From an uncultured Alphaproteobacteria bacterium (GTDB lineage Bacteria > Pseudomonadota > Alphaproteobacteria > Rs-D84): a stretch of 32,000 bases of DNA. This document shows, piece by piece, positions 30,938 through 32,000 of the stretch. The stretch's first letter is position 1, and every line of letters begins with the position of its first letter. The stretch is from positions 360,001 through 392,000 of the forward strand of contig OZ007020.1 of the NCBI GenBank assembly GCA_963931495.1. The letters are read 5' to 3'. The notes under the pieces were generated by a model that was given only the letters and a program-made list of their open reading frames with translations, did no database searches and was not told the origin of the DNA. The position numbers and the translations under genes are program-made.

Positions 30938-30980
30938 TGTAATTTGCATTCGTTTTTTTATCTGTAATAATATGTATGCT

Positions 30981-31994
30981 ATGAGAAAGAAATTAAAAAT
31001 TCCAAATAACAGAGTACTGGGTATTGTTGGCTTTATTGTTGTTATTCTGGTGATATTGTTATATCTGTTTGGTATTCGCAGTGTCGTGTCGCATGATGTG
31101 ACGTTTGAATTGTCGCGTGGTACCACTGTGTCCGCGGTGGCGACACAGTTAAATGCCATAGGGGTGATTGATATGCCAGGACTGTTCAAAATCGCAGTTC
31201 GTGGTAATGGTGGGCAAATTCAATCAGGACTGTATGATATTCCACGTGGAACCAGTGTATGGCGTATCGCCCGCATGTTTGCCAATGGTGACGTGGCGTC
31301 AACAACAATTGTTATCCCCGAAGGTTTAACAGTACAACAGATTAAGCGATTGTTGCTGGACGAATCTGGGTTAACAGGTGGTGTTGAATGTGGTCCGGGG
31401 ACCGATTTGCCGGTGTGTGATTTGCATGATGGGGATTTGTTCCCAGATACATACCGGGTTGCGCGCGGCACGTCGCGATTGGCAGTGTTGGATTTAATGC
31501 GTAAAAAAATGCTGGATTTGCGTCATAATTGGGAACGGGGTGGGGCGATTGCGCCACGGCCGTTGAAATCTTGGAACGATGTGGTTACATTGGCATCCAT
31601 TGTTCAAAAAGAAACGCCCAAAAAATCAGAAATGCCAATAGTGGCCAGTGTGTACCTGAATCGGTTGCGTGATAATATGCGTTTACAGGCGGATCCGACG
31701 GTGGTTTATGCGGTGACGCGTGGACTGGGGGATATGCAGGGGCGCCCGTTGTTGCGTGAATACCTGAAAACAGACAGCCCATATAATACATACACGAATC
31801 GCGGATTGCCGCCGGCACCAATCGCGAACGTTGGTCGTGATGCGATATATGCTGTCTTGCAACCCGCAGACACAAATTATTTGTTTTTTGTCGCAGATGG
31901 TACTGGTGGGCATCGTTTTTCGTCGTCGTATGACGAGCATATGAAAAATCATGCGAACTGGCGCGTGATAAAAAAAATTCAAAATCAAAAATAA
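30981..31994 (+). CDS. mltG: Endolytic murein transglycosylase MltG (YceG-like)
   Basis: N-terminal TM anchor. ASIVQKET, LQADPTVVYA, SPYNTYTNRGLPPAPIANVG and YLFFVADGTGGHRFSSSYDEH are YceG family motifs. Start is ATG 30981 or 30972. The listed 30909 start overlaps the tRNA terminator. Confidence 0.9.
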   Translation: MRKKLKIPNNRVLGIVGFIVVILVILLYLFGIRSVVSHDVTFELSRGTTVSAVATQLNAIGVIDMPGLFKIAVRGNGGQIQSGLYDIPRGTSVWRIARMFANGDVASTTIVIPEGLTVQQIKRLLLDESGLTGGVECGPGTDLPVCDLHDGDLFPDTYRVARGTSRLAVLDLMRKKMLDLRHNWERGGAIAPRPLKSWNDVVTLASIVQKETPKKSEMPIVASVYLNRLRDNMRLQADPTVVYAVTRGLGDMQGRPLLREYLKTDSPYNTYTNRGLPPAPIANVGRDAIYAVLQPADTNYLFFVADGTGGHRFSSSYDEHMKNHANWRVIKKIQNQK

Positions 31995-32000
31995 AAAGTC

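Overview
This looks like a chromosomal segment of a moderately AT-rich bacterium. It is probably an alphaproteobacterium with a host-associated lifestyle. That placement is an inference from the DnaN N-terminus, an Omp25/31-type barrel, the ftsE-ftsX-DUF218-plsC operon and the acpP-fabF..mltG neighbourhood.

Housekeeping genes are confidently recognisable: dnaN (5'-truncated), ppa, efp, class II fba, tolB, plsC, ftsX, ftsE, rbfA, lepA, acpP, fabF, an AMP-forming acyl-CoA synthetase, tRNA-Pro(CGG) and mltG. Several accessory blocks are interleaved with them:

1. 13.8-20.1 kb: an Omp25/31-like barrel gene followed by four tandem same-strand genes. Each encodes a protein with a signal peptide that is built from phage-tail-fibre-like modules (collagen GXY run, GSY[ND]DL-D-P, LGGVK, VGAINE, YPS-x2-AV boxes). 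The four share private N- and C-terminal boxes. No other phage genes lie within 13 kb on either side. This is my top candidate for an undescribed system: cell-encoded surface fibres.
2. 24.6-27.1 kb: an islet packed directly behind lepA. It holds three paralogous small Cys-box proteins, a divergent second ACP and a catalytically dead, 3'-truncated P4-type integrase. It sits where fabD-fabG would normally precede acpP.
3. A family of secreted, eukaryote-like cysteine-rich proteins: two full genes and one orphaned 3' fragment.
4. A transcription unit of about 220 nt bounded by a consensus promoter and a terminator, upstream of tandem lipoprotein paralogues. It could be a leader, an sRNA or a 47-codon ORF.
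5. An RHH plus DinD-like gene pair.
6. An orphan VirB2/TrbC-like pilin gene.
7. An IS200 tnpA remnant.

No CRISPR array or rRNA was seen. All homology statements come from motif recall, not from searches.
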